Below are positions 19,334 through 28,747 of a stretch of DNA of 32,000 nucleotides, one piece after another. This DNA is from Alkanindiges sp. WGS2144 (lineage in GTDB: Bacteria > Pseudomonadota > Gammaproteobacteria > Pseudomonadales > Moraxellaceae), in assembly GCF_043950625.1 (NCBI RefSeq), contig NZ_CP171007.1; one strand, given 5' to 3'. Position numbers and translations under genes: made by a program. A model generated the notes under the pieces. The model had not been told where the DNA came from and did no database searches. It saw nothing but the letters and a program-made list of their open reading frames with translations. Position 1 is the first letter of the stretch; each line of letters starts with the position of its first letter.

Positions 19334-20254
19334 TCAGGCCACGTGTTTTTTGTACCAGTGCTTACCATGCCAGCGTTGGTACGTCCATGCCAATGAAGGG
19401 ATCGGGCCGCGCTGATGCAGCCAGTATGTCGCAGGAATTTCTTGCACCGGTGTTGTTCTGCCAATGCGAATATCAGCCATAACCAGCCCCTGTCCGGCAT
19501 GGCGGTCACGAAAAGCCAGCATATTGCCCTGTGCATCTACAATCATGCTGCCCGCTTCATAGTAGCCCTTATAATTTAACGGCACTCCCGGTAAACGGCA
19601 CTCAATAGCACCCACATGCGCCGCATGAATCACCGGTGCGCCTACATAGCTGGCAAACGCTCTAACAGACTCATGGGCATTTTGCTGATTTTGCTGTTCC
19701 CAGCGATAGGTGAGGGCTTTTGGTGACCATTGTGGAACGCTCCACCAGCAACTACCACCAACAATCACATCGACGTTGTTACGTAGCCGTCTGGCAGTCT
19801 GGGAGCGCATAAACTCCCAGCACAGGGATACCCCTGCGCGATGTTCCTGTGCCTTAATGATGCCATCATCGCTTCCTGATGTATAAAAACAGTTTTCCCA
19901 CATGGTAGGCAGGTCTTTATCATGCCTGCCCAATATGCCCTGCGGTGAAACCAGATAAAATGCATTGCGAACGCTGCTATCTTCGTCACGTACAATAAAA
20001 GAACCACCCACAAAAGCCTGATGACGCTTGGCCAGGTCAAGCAGTAAAGCCAATGCTGGTCCATTGGGCGGTTCAATGGCATCAACAATGTCTGGATCAA
20101 AAGCCATGCCGGTAGCAAAGAACTCAGGCAGTACAATCCATTTTGCCCCTTTTTGGCCAGCTTCATCGGCCATGTTTTTACAAGCTGCCAGATTGGCCTG
20201 TACATCACCAATTTTAGGTTCCAGCTGAATTGCGGCAACTTTTACGCTAGCCAT
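19334..20254 (-). CDS. Carbon-nitrogen hydrolase (nitrilase-superfamily) protein
   Basis: E-K-C triad contexts are present (WIVLPEFF; RHDKDLP; GVSLCWEF). I moved the start to ATG 20254 (MASVKVAAIQL) because a perfect AGGAGG (20262-20267, minus strand) sits 7 nt upstream and the longer ORF would overlap the upstream gene. Confidence 0.8.
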   Translation of the reverse strand: MASVKVAAIQLEPKIGDVQANLAACKNMADEAGQKGAKWIVLPEFFATGMAFDPDIVDAIEPPNGPALALLLDLAKRHQAFVGGSFIVRDEDSSVRNAFYLVSPQGILGRHDKDLPTMWENCFYTSGSDDGIIKAQEHRAGVSLCWEFMRSQTARRLRNNVDVIVGGSCWWSVPQWSPKALTYRWEQQNQQNAHESVRAFASYVGAPVIHAAHVGAIECRLPGVPLNYKGYYEAGSMIVDAQGNMLAFRDRHAGQGLVMADIRIGRTTPVQEIPATYWLHQRGPIPSLAWTYQRWHGKHWYKKHVA

Positions 20255-20256
20255 GG

Positions 20257-21036
20257 TTAAACCTCCTGTTGCAATGAATCCCGTGATGACTCTTGCTGTT
20301 GTTTTAGAAATTGCCAAAGGATGCGTTTTTTTAAAGGTTCAGCGAGTAGTTCGGCCAAATAAGGCAAGCGCTCAATGCGATCCGGGCAAATGCTACTATC
20401 CAGTTCACTCATCAAACCAGCACGTCTGTCGAGTCCCATTCTAAATAAAAATCCGGTTAAAGCCGCTCGGGCGCCCGTAGCCCGCTGCCAGCGCTGTCCC
20501 CCAGCCAAGGGCCAGGAAAAATAACTAATTGCCGGCTTACCAAAAACTGCCAGAATATTTTGCCAAAGCTTCCGTGCCTGTTCATCCTGTAAATCGGCTT
20601 CATTTATCAGAATAACCCAGTGGTTGATCTGACAGGCCTGTAGACGAAAAGGAGCCAGATTCAAGATATCTGCCTCTAGTGCAAGAGCCTCTGGAGAAAT
20701 GACTTTCGTTACATCTTTTATCACTTCTTTTATACTGGTTTCTTTTACCGCTAGCTCGTCCGTCGCTACAGTGACTTCAGATTGCCCTGCTGTATTTTCC
20801 CGAACAGCTGTGCTTTGCTGGGCAATGACATGTTGCTGGCTAACAGACGGGTTCCCTACAGCATCCAGCTGAACATCATAGGAAGCAACCTCATGCCCTG
20901 ACTGATCAAAGGCTCCTTCACCCTGCCGCCATAAAGAAATGGCTGCTGAAGAGATAGGCGTAGTTTTGGCTGCCCGGGGTATCCATACATTAATACCTAG
21001 TACCGACAATAAGGCACGTTGCCGGGCATTGTGCAT
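20257..21036 (-). CDS. Possible long-form DNA polymerase III psi subunit (HolD-like); otherwise hypothetical
   Basis: 259 aa. The N-terminal 'RQRALLSVLGINVW' resembles E. coli psi 'RRDWQLQQLGITQW', and the C-terminal 'EPLKKRILWQFL' resembles 'NPTARAALWQQI'. A low-complexity Q/S/V/A-rich middle matches what is described for the large pseudomonad-type psi. The call rests on by-eye similarity only. Confidence 0.45.
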   Translation of the reverse strand: MHNARQRALLSVLGINVWIPRAAKTTPISSAAISLWRQGEGAFDQSGHEVASYDVQLDAVGNPSVSQQHVIAQQSTAVRENTAGQSEVTVATDELAVKETSIKEVIKDVTKVISPEALALEADILNLAPFRLQACQINHWVILINEADLQDEQARKLWQNILAVFGKPAISYFSWPLAGGQRWQRATGARAALTGFLFRMGLDRRAGLMSELDSSICPDRIERLPYLAELLAEPLKKRILWQFLKQQQESSRDSLQQEV

Positions 21037-22584
21037 CTAAATCAGCCCTGACATCTGGGCATTGGTTTTGCCTTCAGTGGCCAGCCAGTTGAGCGCATCC
21101 AGATAGGCCTGGGCACTGGCGATCACAATATCAGTGTCCGCACCCTGTCCCGTCACAATCCGGCCATCCCTGTTTAGACGCACTACCACTTCGCCCTGAC
21201 TATCGGTACCGCTGGTAATGGCATTGACCTGATACAACTCAAGGGTAGCACCTGACTTGGCCAGCACTTCAATGGCTTTAAAGGTCGCATCCACAGGCCC
21301 GGAACCACTTTCACTAACCGGATGCTGCTTGCCTTCAATGTTTAATACCAAGTGGGCACGCGGTATTTGCCCGGTCTTGCTGGTGACTTCCAGCTCAACC
21401 AGTTCAAAGCGCTGCTTGATTTCAGAGCCATAATGACCAGAAACCAGTGCATGCAAATCTTCATCAAAGATTTCGCTCTTACGGTCGGCCAGATCCTTAA
21501 AGCGGTTAAACAGCTCATTAAGCTGCTCATCATTTTCCACACCGATGCCCAGCTCATCCAGACGAGCCCGGAACGCCGCACGGCCAGATAATTTACCCAA
21601 AGTCAATTTATTGGTTTTCCAGCCAACATCCTCGGCACGCATGATTTCATAAGTTTCACGGTGTTTTAAAATGCCATCCTGATGAATACCGGACTCATGC
21701 GCAAAAGCATTGGCGCCCACAATGGCTTTGTTGGGCTGTACCGCATAACCGGTAATGGTTGATACCAGCCGTGAACTGGGTACAATTTCCTCGGTACGGA
21801 TATTAGTGGTGACGCCATAAATATCCTGACGCACGCGGGTTGCCATGACAATTTCTTCCAGCGCCGCATTGCCCGCTCGCTCACCCAGACCATTAATGGT
21901 ACATTCAACCTGACGCGCCCCGCCGCGTACTGCGGCCAGCGAATTGGCCACTGCCATGCCTAAATCATTATGGCAATGTGCCGACCAGATCACCTGATCA
22001 GAATTGGGCACTTGCTCAAGCAGGGTTTTAAAACGCTCATAAATCAGCTCAGGGGTAGAATAACCCACCGTATCTGGCACATTAATGGTTTTGGCACCTG
22101 CTTTAATCACCGCCTCAAAAATACGGGTTAAAAACGGCACTTCTGAGCGAATGGCATCTTCGGCAGAAAACTCGACGTCATCGGTATATTCACGGGCAAT
22201 TTTAATAGCCTTGACTGCGGCTTCAATCACCTGCTCTTCACTCATGCGTAACTTGTACTGCATATGAATAGGACTGGTGGCAATAAAGGTGTGCACCCGG
22301 CCACGGTGAGCTGTCTTAATGGCCTCACCGGCACGGCGAATATCTTTTTCATTGGCACGCGCCAGCGAGCAAATGGTGGAATCTTTTATGACGCTGGCAA
22401 TGCTGGAAATAGCGTCAAAATCGCCAGGACTAGCCGCCGCAAAGCCTGCTTCAATCACATCCACGCCCAGACGCTCAAGCTGCTTTGCTACCCGGATTTT
22501 TTCTTCCTTGGTCATCGCGGCACCGGGGCTTTGCTCCCCGTCACGCAAGGTCGTATCAAATATGATTAAGCGATTGCTGCTCAT
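21037..22584 (-). CDS. leuA: 2-isopropylmalate synthase
   Basis: 515 aa: '[14 protein letters not shown]', '[39 protein letters not shown]', and a C-terminal LeuA dimer/regulatory domain. Confidence 0.95.
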   Translation of the reverse strand: MSSNRLIIFDTTLRDGEQSPGAAMTKEEKIRVAKQLERLGVDVIEAGFAAASPGDFDAISSIASVIKDSTICSLARANEKDIRRAGEAIKTAHRGRVHTFIATSPIHMQYKLRMSEEQVIEAAVKAIKIAREYTDDVEFSAEDAIRSEVPFLTRIFEAVIKAGAKTINVPDTVGYSTPELIYERFKTLLEQVPNSDQVIWSAHCHNDLGMAVANSLAAVRGGARQVECTINGLGERAGNAALEEIVMATRVRQDIYGVTTNIRTEEIVPSSRLVSTITGYAVQPNKAIVGANAFAHESGIHQDGILKHRETYEIMRAEDVGWKTNKLTLGKLSGRAAFRARLDELGIGVENDEQLNELFNRFKDLADRKSEIFDEDLHALVSGHYGSEIKQRFELVELEVTSKTGQIPRAHLVLNIEGKQHPVSESGSGPVDATFKAIEVLAKSGATLELYQVNAITSGTDSQGEVVVRLNRDGRIVTGQGADTDIVIASAQAYLDALNWLATEGKTNAQMSGLI

Positions 22585-22625
22585 GGCTACTTGGTCCCTA
22601 GCAATAAAAACACATGGATAACGCC

Positions 22626-22653
22626 ATTATACGCTGCTTCGGCATTGTTGTAA
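22626..22653 (-). promoter_or_regulatory. Candidate sigma70 promoter for leuA
   Basis: The minus strand reads TTACAA (22653-22648), a 16-nt spacer, then TATAAT (22631-26). The -10 element lies about 40 nt upstream of the leuA ATG. Confidence 0.35.
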
Positions 22654-22807
22654 GGCTATTTTATGCCAGTTGGAGACATTCATTCCGCTATCGCCGAAAT
22701 AGCAAAATTCTACCAAAATGAGCTTTTATCGTTAAAAACAACCACAAAAACAATTTATCAATATCTGCTGATTACTGCTGTATTGCTTTTTCCATGGAAT
22801 GTATGTT

Positions 22808-24739
22808 TTAAAGTTCCAGCGCTATTTCACGGGCATGATAATCAGCCATGGATTTGGGCTCAAAACCCAAACGCCAGTAGAGTAGATCAAGTACGTCCTG
22901 CTCCTCTTGCGTAATAATGGTATCTGACCATAAACAGGTCTCTGCCGCAGCCAGTACATTCATACGCTCCCGTTTTAGCAAGCCAGCCAGCTGATGCAGG
23001 ATTTGCCCCAGATTTACCGGACGCTGAGCTGCCGGATGTTTGCAAGCCTGTTCAAACTGCTGGGGCGTTAAAATCGTACGCAGCACTCGCTCGCGGGAGA
23101 TTTTTTTCTGCTCAGCACTAAAATTTTGTACGTGTAATAGCGCCTCTACCAGTATGGTAATGGCTGACCCGCAGTTTTCTATTGCCACCGGTACCACAGG
23201 CGGCAGTTGATTCAGACGTGCCTTGACCCGTTCCAGTAACAGCACATCCAGTAAACCAATTTGACCATCTAATTGAATAATATCTGCCAATCGTGACAAA
23301 AACTGCCGCGCTGCACTGGCCGGTAACTCACCCATGGTATCAACACCCTGCAAGAAAATACTGACGTACAATCTGGGATCGAGCTTTGCCAGTGCTTCTA
23401 CAATAGCGCGGCTCACCTGATGCTTCTCTGGCTCGCAGGCAATGTTCTGCCTCAAAGCCAAAATAGCTGCCAGCAGCTCGCGGCATCCGGTAGAAGTACC
23501 CAACGCCCGCTTTACCACATCAGGTCTGGCATGGCTGACCCGCATTTTTGCGTTTAGGGGCTTAACAGCATCCTTGGTGTTCACAGCGATGGGATGCAGG
23601 CGCACTGTAGGCAGAGGTAAAGGCGGCTGCCACTCAATAAGCTCTTGTACCTGTTCGGGCTGGGTAATTTCCTGTCTGGTTTTGCCTAACTTATCAGGCA
23701 ATGGATCAGCACCAAGCGGATCATCTGCCTTGCGTGCCAGAATACGTTCCTGTACCTGTGCCCGGCGCAAGGCAGCAGGGCTAATCCGGCTAATGCGTGC
23801 ATCCAGACTGGGGTGGGTGGCAAACAGACTATGTGTATGCAACGCTTGACCAAAACAAAAATGGCTAATGGATTCCGCATATACTCCATGTAACTGCGTT
23901 CCAGTATGATGTGCCCGGATACGTAGCAATGCCTGCAATACCCCGTTGGAACGCGTAAACTGTAGACTTGAAGCATCGGCCAGAAACTCACGCTGCCTCA
24001 GGATAGCAAACTTTAACAGCCGTGCCATCAGCACACCCAGACTTCCAGCCAGCCATACCAGCCCACCAGCCACAATAAACACAGCATCAGCACGTCGGTC
24101 ACGCTGTACATGGCGCTGTAGGGAAAAGCCGGCCTGAGCGATCCAGCTGCCTATCTGACTCACTGACAGCAATCCAGCCACCCAGGCAACCAGACGTAAA
24201 TTAAGCTGGGTGTCACCATGGTAAATATGGCTGTACTCATGGGCAATCACACCCTGCAACTCATGGCGATCCAGCGTCTGCAACATGCCCCATGTCACCA
24301 CCAGCGCCATATCGCGAGCCTGATAACCAGCCACAAAGGCATTCACGCCCAGCTCATCATCCAGCACATACAGGGCAGGCATGATTACCCCGGAAGCAAT
24401 GGATATCTCTTCAACCACATTTTTTAGCATTTGCTCTTCAGGAACAGTGGTCTCAAACTGAATACGGCGGGCACCCAGACGCCGTGCCAGGGCACGCCCC
24501 CCTTCCCGTAGCCGATAAGCCTCCAGCAAAGAGCCGCCTACAATGACCAGCAACATCGCACCAATAATATAGAGACTAAAAGTATGGAAAAAAATCAGCT
24601 GGGTTTTGTCAAATGAATGCAGCACCACGCCCACCAGCGCATTCATAATAAAAATGGTCAATATGACAGCCAGCGCAAATAGCGCCGACAATAGCAGGGT
24701 ATAACGTTTGGCCTGTTCCTGTTTGCCCCAGAAGTCCAA
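22808..24739 (-). CDS. Membrane M48 (HtpX-like) metalloprotease with a long uncharacterised C-terminal domain
   Basis: 643 aa. It uses a TTG start with an AAGGA SD 8 nt upstream. There are 4 predicted TM segments, HEYSH (aa 167-171), REFLAD and THPSLDARISRI, so the peptidase module ends near aa 320. The remaining roughly 320 aa are helical with no motif I can name firmly. Confidence 0.8.
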   Translation of the reverse strand: MDFWGKQEQAKRYTLLLSALFALAVILTIFIMNALVGVVLHSFDKTQLIFFHTFSLYIIGAMLLVIVGGSLLEAYRLREGGRALARRLGARRIQFETTVPEEQMLKNVVEEISIASGVIMPALYVLDDELGVNAFVAGYQARDMALVVTWGMLQTLDRHELQGVIAHEYSHIYHGDTQLNLRLVAWVAGLLSVSQIGSWIAQAGFSLQRHVQRDRRADAVFIVAGGLVWLAGSLGVLMARLLKFAILRQREFLADASSLQFTRSNGVLQALLRIRAHHTGTQLHGVYAESISHFCFGQALHTHSLFATHPSLDARISRISPAALRRAQVQERILARKADDPLGADPLPDKLGKTRQEITQPEQVQELIEWQPPLPLPTVRLHPIAVNTKDAVKPLNAKMRVSHARPDVVKRALGTSTGCRELLAAILALRQNIACEPEKHQVSRAIVEALAKLDPRLYVSIFLQGVDTMGELPASAARQFLSRLADIIQLDGQIGLLDVLLLERVKARLNQLPPVVPVAIENCGSAITILVEALLHVQNFSAEQKKISRERVLRTILTPQQFEQACKHPAAQRPVNLGQILHQLAGLLKRERMNVLAAAETCLWSDTIITQEEQDVLDLLYWRLGFEPKSMADYHAREIALEL

Positions 24740-24783
24740 TCCTGATGTCCTTAGCTGTAAATTTTTTCAGATGAAGCGGTATG

Positions 24784-25380
24784 CTATAAACTAATCCGTA
24801 CGGGTGGTCCCACTGCTTTGGCATCATCCAGTGCCAGCAGTTTCATAGGCTTAAAACTAAAGGCACCCGCCACAAAATTACTGGGAAACATCTCGCAGGC
24901 ATTATTATAAAACATCACCTGATCGTTATAAGCCTGACGCGCAAAACTCACCCGGTTTTCTGTACTGTTTAGCTCTTCCATCAGTTCCTTGACCACCGAA
25001 TCGGCTTTGAGCTCAGGGTATTGCTCCATGACTGCGGTAAACTGCGCCAGACTATTACTCAAGCGCTGCTCTGCCAGCGCCAGTTTATCTACCAGTTCCG
25101 GTGAATTATAAACACCGGCATTGGCTAGATTGCGCTGCGCCTGTACTGCCGCATCCCGTGCCCCGATCACACGCTCCAGCGTGTCCTTTTCATGCGACAT
25201 ATAAGCACGTGTTGCCTCAACCAGATTAGGGATCAGGTCATGGCGACGCTGTAATTGCACGTCAATTTGTGAAAAACCATTACGTGCCGCATTACGCTTG
25301 GCAACCAGTCCGTTAAATAAAGCAATAATATAAAAAACACCAGCCAGAATAATGGCAATAAAAACTACTCCGCCCCACAT
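24784..25380 (-). CDS. LemA family protein
   Basis: 198 aa with an N-terminal TM segment plus 'NGLV..RN....FSQIDVQLQRRHDLIPNLVE' and '...TENRV.FARQ.YND.V..YN......P.N', the classic LemA signature. It lies 44 nt upstream of the M48 gene. Confidence 0.9.
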   Translation of the reverse strand: MWGGVVFIAIILAGVFYIIALFNGLVAKRNAARNGFSQIDVQLQRRHDLIPNLVEATRAYMSHEKDTLERVIGARDAAVQAQRNLANAGVYNSPELVDKLALAEQRLSNSLAQFTAVMEQYPELKADSVVKELMEELNSTENRVSFARQAYNDQVMFYNNACEMFPSNFVAGAFSFKPMKLLALDDAKAVGPPVRISL

Positions 25381-25480
25381 GATAGTACTCCCTGACCTAT
25401 TATTGTTGCTTAAGATTTATTGTTATAATATGCCATAAAAATCCGTACTTGCACTTCCTCTTTGTCTGACGCATTGTATT

Positions 25481-25522
25481 ATTTTAGCGATAACCCGTCG
25501 TGCGATTACTGCTAAATCATCC
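25481..25522 (-). promoter_or_regulatory. Shared upstream motif, copy A (upstream of LemA-M48)
   Basis: The plus strand reads ATTTTAGCGATAAC-ccgtcg-TGCGATTAC-TGCTAAAT-CATCC. It shares GCGATTAC, TGCTAAAT and CATC, in the same order, with copy B. Confidence 0.3.
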
Positions 25523-25565
25523 ATGATTATTGCATCCACACACATTACATCAATATAGCCGGTTA

Positions 25566-25943
25566 CTACTGCTTGTCATATCTGGCATGACGCAGGCTAA
25601 CCTTACCGCGACACACATCAGCCAGCATGCGCCAGTCCGACATAAAGCTATAGACAGGCTGCTTAAATGATGCAGGCTTATTCTTTTCAAAGAAAAAATG
25701 ACCTACCCAGGCACAGGCATATCCCGTAGCAATCCCTTTGAGCAAATAGCTTTTTTTACCCGTTTTAATGGCTTTATATATACCATACAACCCTGCCAGG
25801 CTTCCTGCGACATGCAGGCGTCGACTCATCACATTGCTGTGTTCAGTCAAATAAAATCTGTAAAATTCTGAATAATTACGGATAGGCATTGCCAGTGGCT
25901 GACTGGTCTGCGCTTTGGTGGTAACGGCCTGATTCATGTTCAT
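25566..25943 (-). CDS. DUF962 / Mpo1-like membrane protein
   Basis: 125 aa: 'YLTEH.N...RRLH..G' and 'AWVGHFFFEKNKPASFKQPVYSFMSDW.M' match the DUF962 (YGL010w/Mpo1-like) pattern. A GAGGGAG SD is present. Confidence 0.7.
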   Translation of the reverse strand: MNMNQAVTTKAQTSQPLAMPIRNYSEFYRFYLTEHSNVMSRRLHVAGSLAGLYGIYKAIKTGKKSYLLKGIATGYACAWVGHFFFEKNKPASFKQPVYSFMSDWRMLADVCRGKVSLRHARYDKQ

Positions 25944-25963
25944 ACTCCCTCACTGAAGTTTTA

Positions 25964-25997
25964 ATTTATAGCGATTACGACACTGCTAAATGTCATC
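25964..25997 (-). promoter_or_regulatory. Shared upstream motif, copy B (upstream of the DUF962 gene), overlapping a -10-like TATAAAT
   Basis: The plus strand reads ATTTATAGCGATTAC-gacac-TGCTAAAT-gt-CATC. On the coding (minus) strand, GTAATCGC is followed directly by TATAAAT, about 25 nt upstream of the ATG. Confidence 0.3.
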
Positions 25998-26014
25998 AGT
26001 GTAATTCGATTTAT

Positions 26015-27169
26015 TCAGGCTGTCTGTTTAAAAGGTGTACTTGCCAAGGCAGCCTGATAATACTCATCCACATAATGCTTTTCTTTTTGGCAAAATGCCT
26101 GAACAGCTTCCATAAACTCAGGCCGACCTAGCCAGTGCGCAGAATAAGTATAAACCGGCGCAAAACCCCGAATCAGCTTATGTTCTCCCTGGGTTCCCGG
26201 ATCAAAGTTCTGCAATTTGTTTGTAATTGCATAGTCAACGCCCTGATAATAACACACCTCAAAATGCAGACAATCTACCTGTTCCAATGCACCCCAGTAG
26301 CGGCCATATAAAGTATGCTCATCCTTAAAGAACAAGGCAGCTGCGATAGGCTGGTCATTTCTTTTGGCTACAACAAGCATAATATGCTGTGGCATTTCAT
26401 GGATAAGCTGGCTAAAAAATGCCTGATTCAAATACGGTCGCTGTCCACGTACATCGTAAGTATTGCTATAACACTGGTAGAAAAAATCAATATCACCCTG
26501 ATTGATGGCTAACCCTTCAATCCTTTGAATCTCAATGCCCTGCTGCGCAATTTTTTGTCGCTCCACCTTAATGCTTTTGCGCTTTTTGGCAGTCAAGGCA
26601 GCCAAAAAATCATCAAAATGCTGGTAGCCCTGATTTGTCCATAAAAATTGGCAATGGTAGCGAATGGCTAAATCTGGCGAGTCAACCTGAAAAAACCTCA
26701 ATAACGCCTCATCAATAAACAAAGCATGCCATGACGAAGCGTAATATTGTATAGCAACATCCTGCACAGCCTGAAATATAAACGGCCAAACCTGCGCTAA
26801 ACTGTAACCTTCCACCATTAAAATCCGCTGTCCGGTTACTGGAGTAAAAGGTAGACTGCTCACCAGTCGGGGATAATAATCCAGCCCATGCCGGGCATAG
26901 GCGTCAGCCCAGCTATGGTCAAACACATATTCACCACGATGATGGCTTTTGATAAACAAGGGCATAAAAGCCACTGGCTGTCCCTGATGTTCAAGCAAAA
27001 CATGGGCAATTTTCCAGCCGCCAGAAGCTCCAACAGCTTGCGCCTGCTCCAAAGCCTGCCAGAACTCAAACTTTAAGAATGGCTGTACTAGCTTAAGCTG
27101 CATAAAAAACTCAGCAGCCTCTGTTACAGACTCAAGAATTCGTACCTGATACGACAAATCAGCTCGCAT
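26015..27169 (-). CDS. DUF482 / FemAB-like GNAT-fold acyltransferase family protein
   Basis: 384 aa: 'YVFDHSWADAY', 'YYPRLVSSLPFTPVTG.R', 'LYGRYWG', 'HFEVCYYQG..YAI', 'FDPGTQGEHKLIRGF' are typical of PF04339-type proteins. Confidence 0.7.
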   Translation of the reverse strand: MRADLSYQVRILESVTEAAEFFMQLKLVQPFLKFEFWQALEQAQAVGASGGWKIAHVLLEHQGQPVAFMPLFIKSHHRGEYVFDHSWADAYARHGLDYYPRLVSSLPFTPVTGQRILMVEGYSLAQVWPFIFQAVQDVAIQYYASSWHALFIDEALLRFFQVDSPDLAIRYHCQFLWTNQGYQHFDDFLAALTAKKRKSIKVERQKIAQQGIEIQRIEGLAINQGDIDFFYQCYSNTYDVRGQRPYLNQAFFSQLIHEMPQHIMLVVAKRNDQPIAAALFFKDEHTLYGRYWGALEQVDCLHFEVCYYQGVDYAITNKLQNFDPGTQGEHKLIRGFAPVYTYSAHWLGRPEFMEAVQAFCQKEKHYVDEYYQAALASTPFKQTA

Positions 27170-27213
27170 GGATTTTGACCAACAATCAAAGGTTAAAATA
27201 TATTTAAGCAGGG

Positions 27214-27254
27214 CAAAAAATAACCCTCAATGAAATCACATTAAGGGTTATTTT
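27214..27254 (-). terminator. Rho-independent terminator downstream of icd
   Basis: AATAACCCT (about 27219-27227) pairs with AGGGTTATT (27244-27252). It is flanked by an A-run (plus strand, left) and TTTT (right), so on the minus strand the stem is followed by TTTTTT. Confidence 0.6.
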
Positions 27255-27297
27255 GTTATGGAACTAACTTACTTTTATAAAAAAGTAGTTTAGTGCA

Positions 27298-28554
27298 TTA
27301 ATCTTCCATATTTTTAATGATAGCATCACCGAACTCTGAACTACGTAACAAGGTCGCATCCGGCATTAAGCGCTCAAAGTCATAAGTCACGGTTTTAGCT
27401 TCAATCGCACCTGCAATACCACTAATAATCAAATCAGCCGCTTCAGTCCAGCCCATATCACGCAGCATCATTTCAGCAGACAGAATGAGGGAGCCGGGGT
27501 TCACCTTGTCCTGACCGGCATATTTTGGTGCAGTACCATGCGTGGCTTCATACACAGCCACCGCTCCACCAATATTGGCACCCGGTGCAATACCAATACC
27601 ACCTACTTCTGCAGCCAGTGCATCAGAAATATAATCACCGTTCAGGTTCAAGGTAGCAATCACTGAATAATCCGCTGGACGCATCAGGATTTGCTGTAAG
27701 AACGCATCAGCAATCACATCTTTAATGATAATATCCTTGCCGGTTTTGGGGTTCTTAATTTTAACCCAAGGCCCACCATCTAACAGCTCACCACCAAAGC
27801 GTTCCATGGCCAGCTCATAGCCCCACTCTTTAAACGCACCTTCGGTATATTTCATGATATTACCCTTGTGAACTAGAGTCACAGAAGGTTTGTCATTATC
27901 AATGGCAAATTGAATGGCTTTACGAATCAGGCGCTGAGAGCCTTCTTTGGACACTGGCTTGATCCCAATACCACAGCCCTCAGGGAAACGGATTTTGGTA
28001 ACGCCCATTTCTTTTTGCAAAAATTCAATAACTTTTTTGGCTTCGGGCGAATCTGCCTTCCATTCAATACCCGCATAAATATCTTCCGAGTTTTCGCGGA
28101 AGATCACCATATCGGTCAGTTCAGGGTTATGAACCGGGCTAGGTACGCCTTTGAACCAGCGTACTGGTCGTACACACACATATAGATCCAGTTCCTGACG
28201 CAGTGCCACGTTTAATGAACGGATACCACCACCTACTGGTGTGGTTAATGGACCTTTGATAGAAACCACAAACTCGCGCAGCGCCTCAAAAGTTTCTTCC
28301 GGCATGTAAGTGCCATAGATACGATCAGCTTTTTCGCCGCAATACACTTCCATCCAGACAATAGATCGTTTTCCGCTATAGGCTTTTTGTACAGCAGCGT
28401 CAACAACCTTGATCATTACTGGCGTAATATCGACACCAATACCGTCACCCTCAATAAATGGAATGATAGGATGATTGGGGACGTTCAGTGACAGGTCTGC
28501 ATTAACGGTGATTTTGTCGCCATCCGCAGGAACCACGATCTTCTGATAACCCAT
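27298..28554 (-). CDS. icd: NADP-dependent isocitrate dehydrogenase
   Basis: 418 aa, E. coli Icd-like throughout ('[14 protein letters not shown]', '[29 protein letters not shown]', '[25 protein letters not shown]', '[12 protein letters not shown]'). Confidence 0.95.
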   Translation of the reverse strand: MGYQKIVVPADGDKITVNADLSLNVPNHPIIPFIEGDGIGVDITPVMIKVVDAAVQKAYSGKRSIVWMEVYCGEKADRIYGTYMPEETFEALREFVVSIKGPLTTPVGGGIRSLNVALRQELDLYVCVRPVRWFKGVPSPVHNPELTDMVIFRENSEDIYAGIEWKADSPEAKKVIEFLQKEMGVTKIRFPEGCGIGIKPVSKEGSQRLIRKAIQFAIDNDKPSVTLVHKGNIMKYTEGAFKEWGYELAMERFGGELLDGGPWVKIKNPKTGKDIIIKDVIADAFLQQILMRPADYSVIATLNLNGDYISDALAAEVGGIGIAPGANIGGAVAVYEATHGTAPKYAGQDKVNPGSLILSAEMMLRDMGWTEAADLIISGIAGAIEAKTVTYDFERLMPDATLLRSSEFGDAIIKNMED

Positions 28555-28747
28555 TGTACAGGTGCTCCCTTTTTCTTAGTGATTAAACTCTTTCAGATGT
28601 CAAAACTAGCATGTTTTATTGCGCATCTACAGGTACTATATGTTAAACATTTCTGAGCACTTGTGTGATTTAAAAAACAAATGTCAATATTTTTCTGCGT
28701 GATAGCAGTGTTATGACTTGCTAAATATTAAGGAAAACTGCATCCAG

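Noticed and set aside
19334-20317. The longer 327-aa form of the C-N hydrolase starting at 20317.
   Set aside because: It would overlap the upstream gene by 61 nt. ATG 20254 has a perfect AGGAGG at optimal spacing, and the conserved domain starts right there (VKVAAIQL).
22663-22914. An 83-aa plus-strand ORF in the leuA/M48 spacer that runs into the M48 3' end.
   Set aside because: It overlaps the M48 gene by more than 100 nt and sits on top of the candidate leuA promoter. The translation is hydrophobic but featureless, and there is no SD.
28719-28726. A third TGCTAAAT 8-mer in the icd/rluE divergent spacer, considered as a possible third copy of the LemA/DUF962 upstream motif.
   Set aside because: Only one of the two 8-mers is present; the preceding GCGTGATA is at best a loose match to GCGATTAC. 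A single 8-mer hit is expected by chance in 2 x 32 kb.
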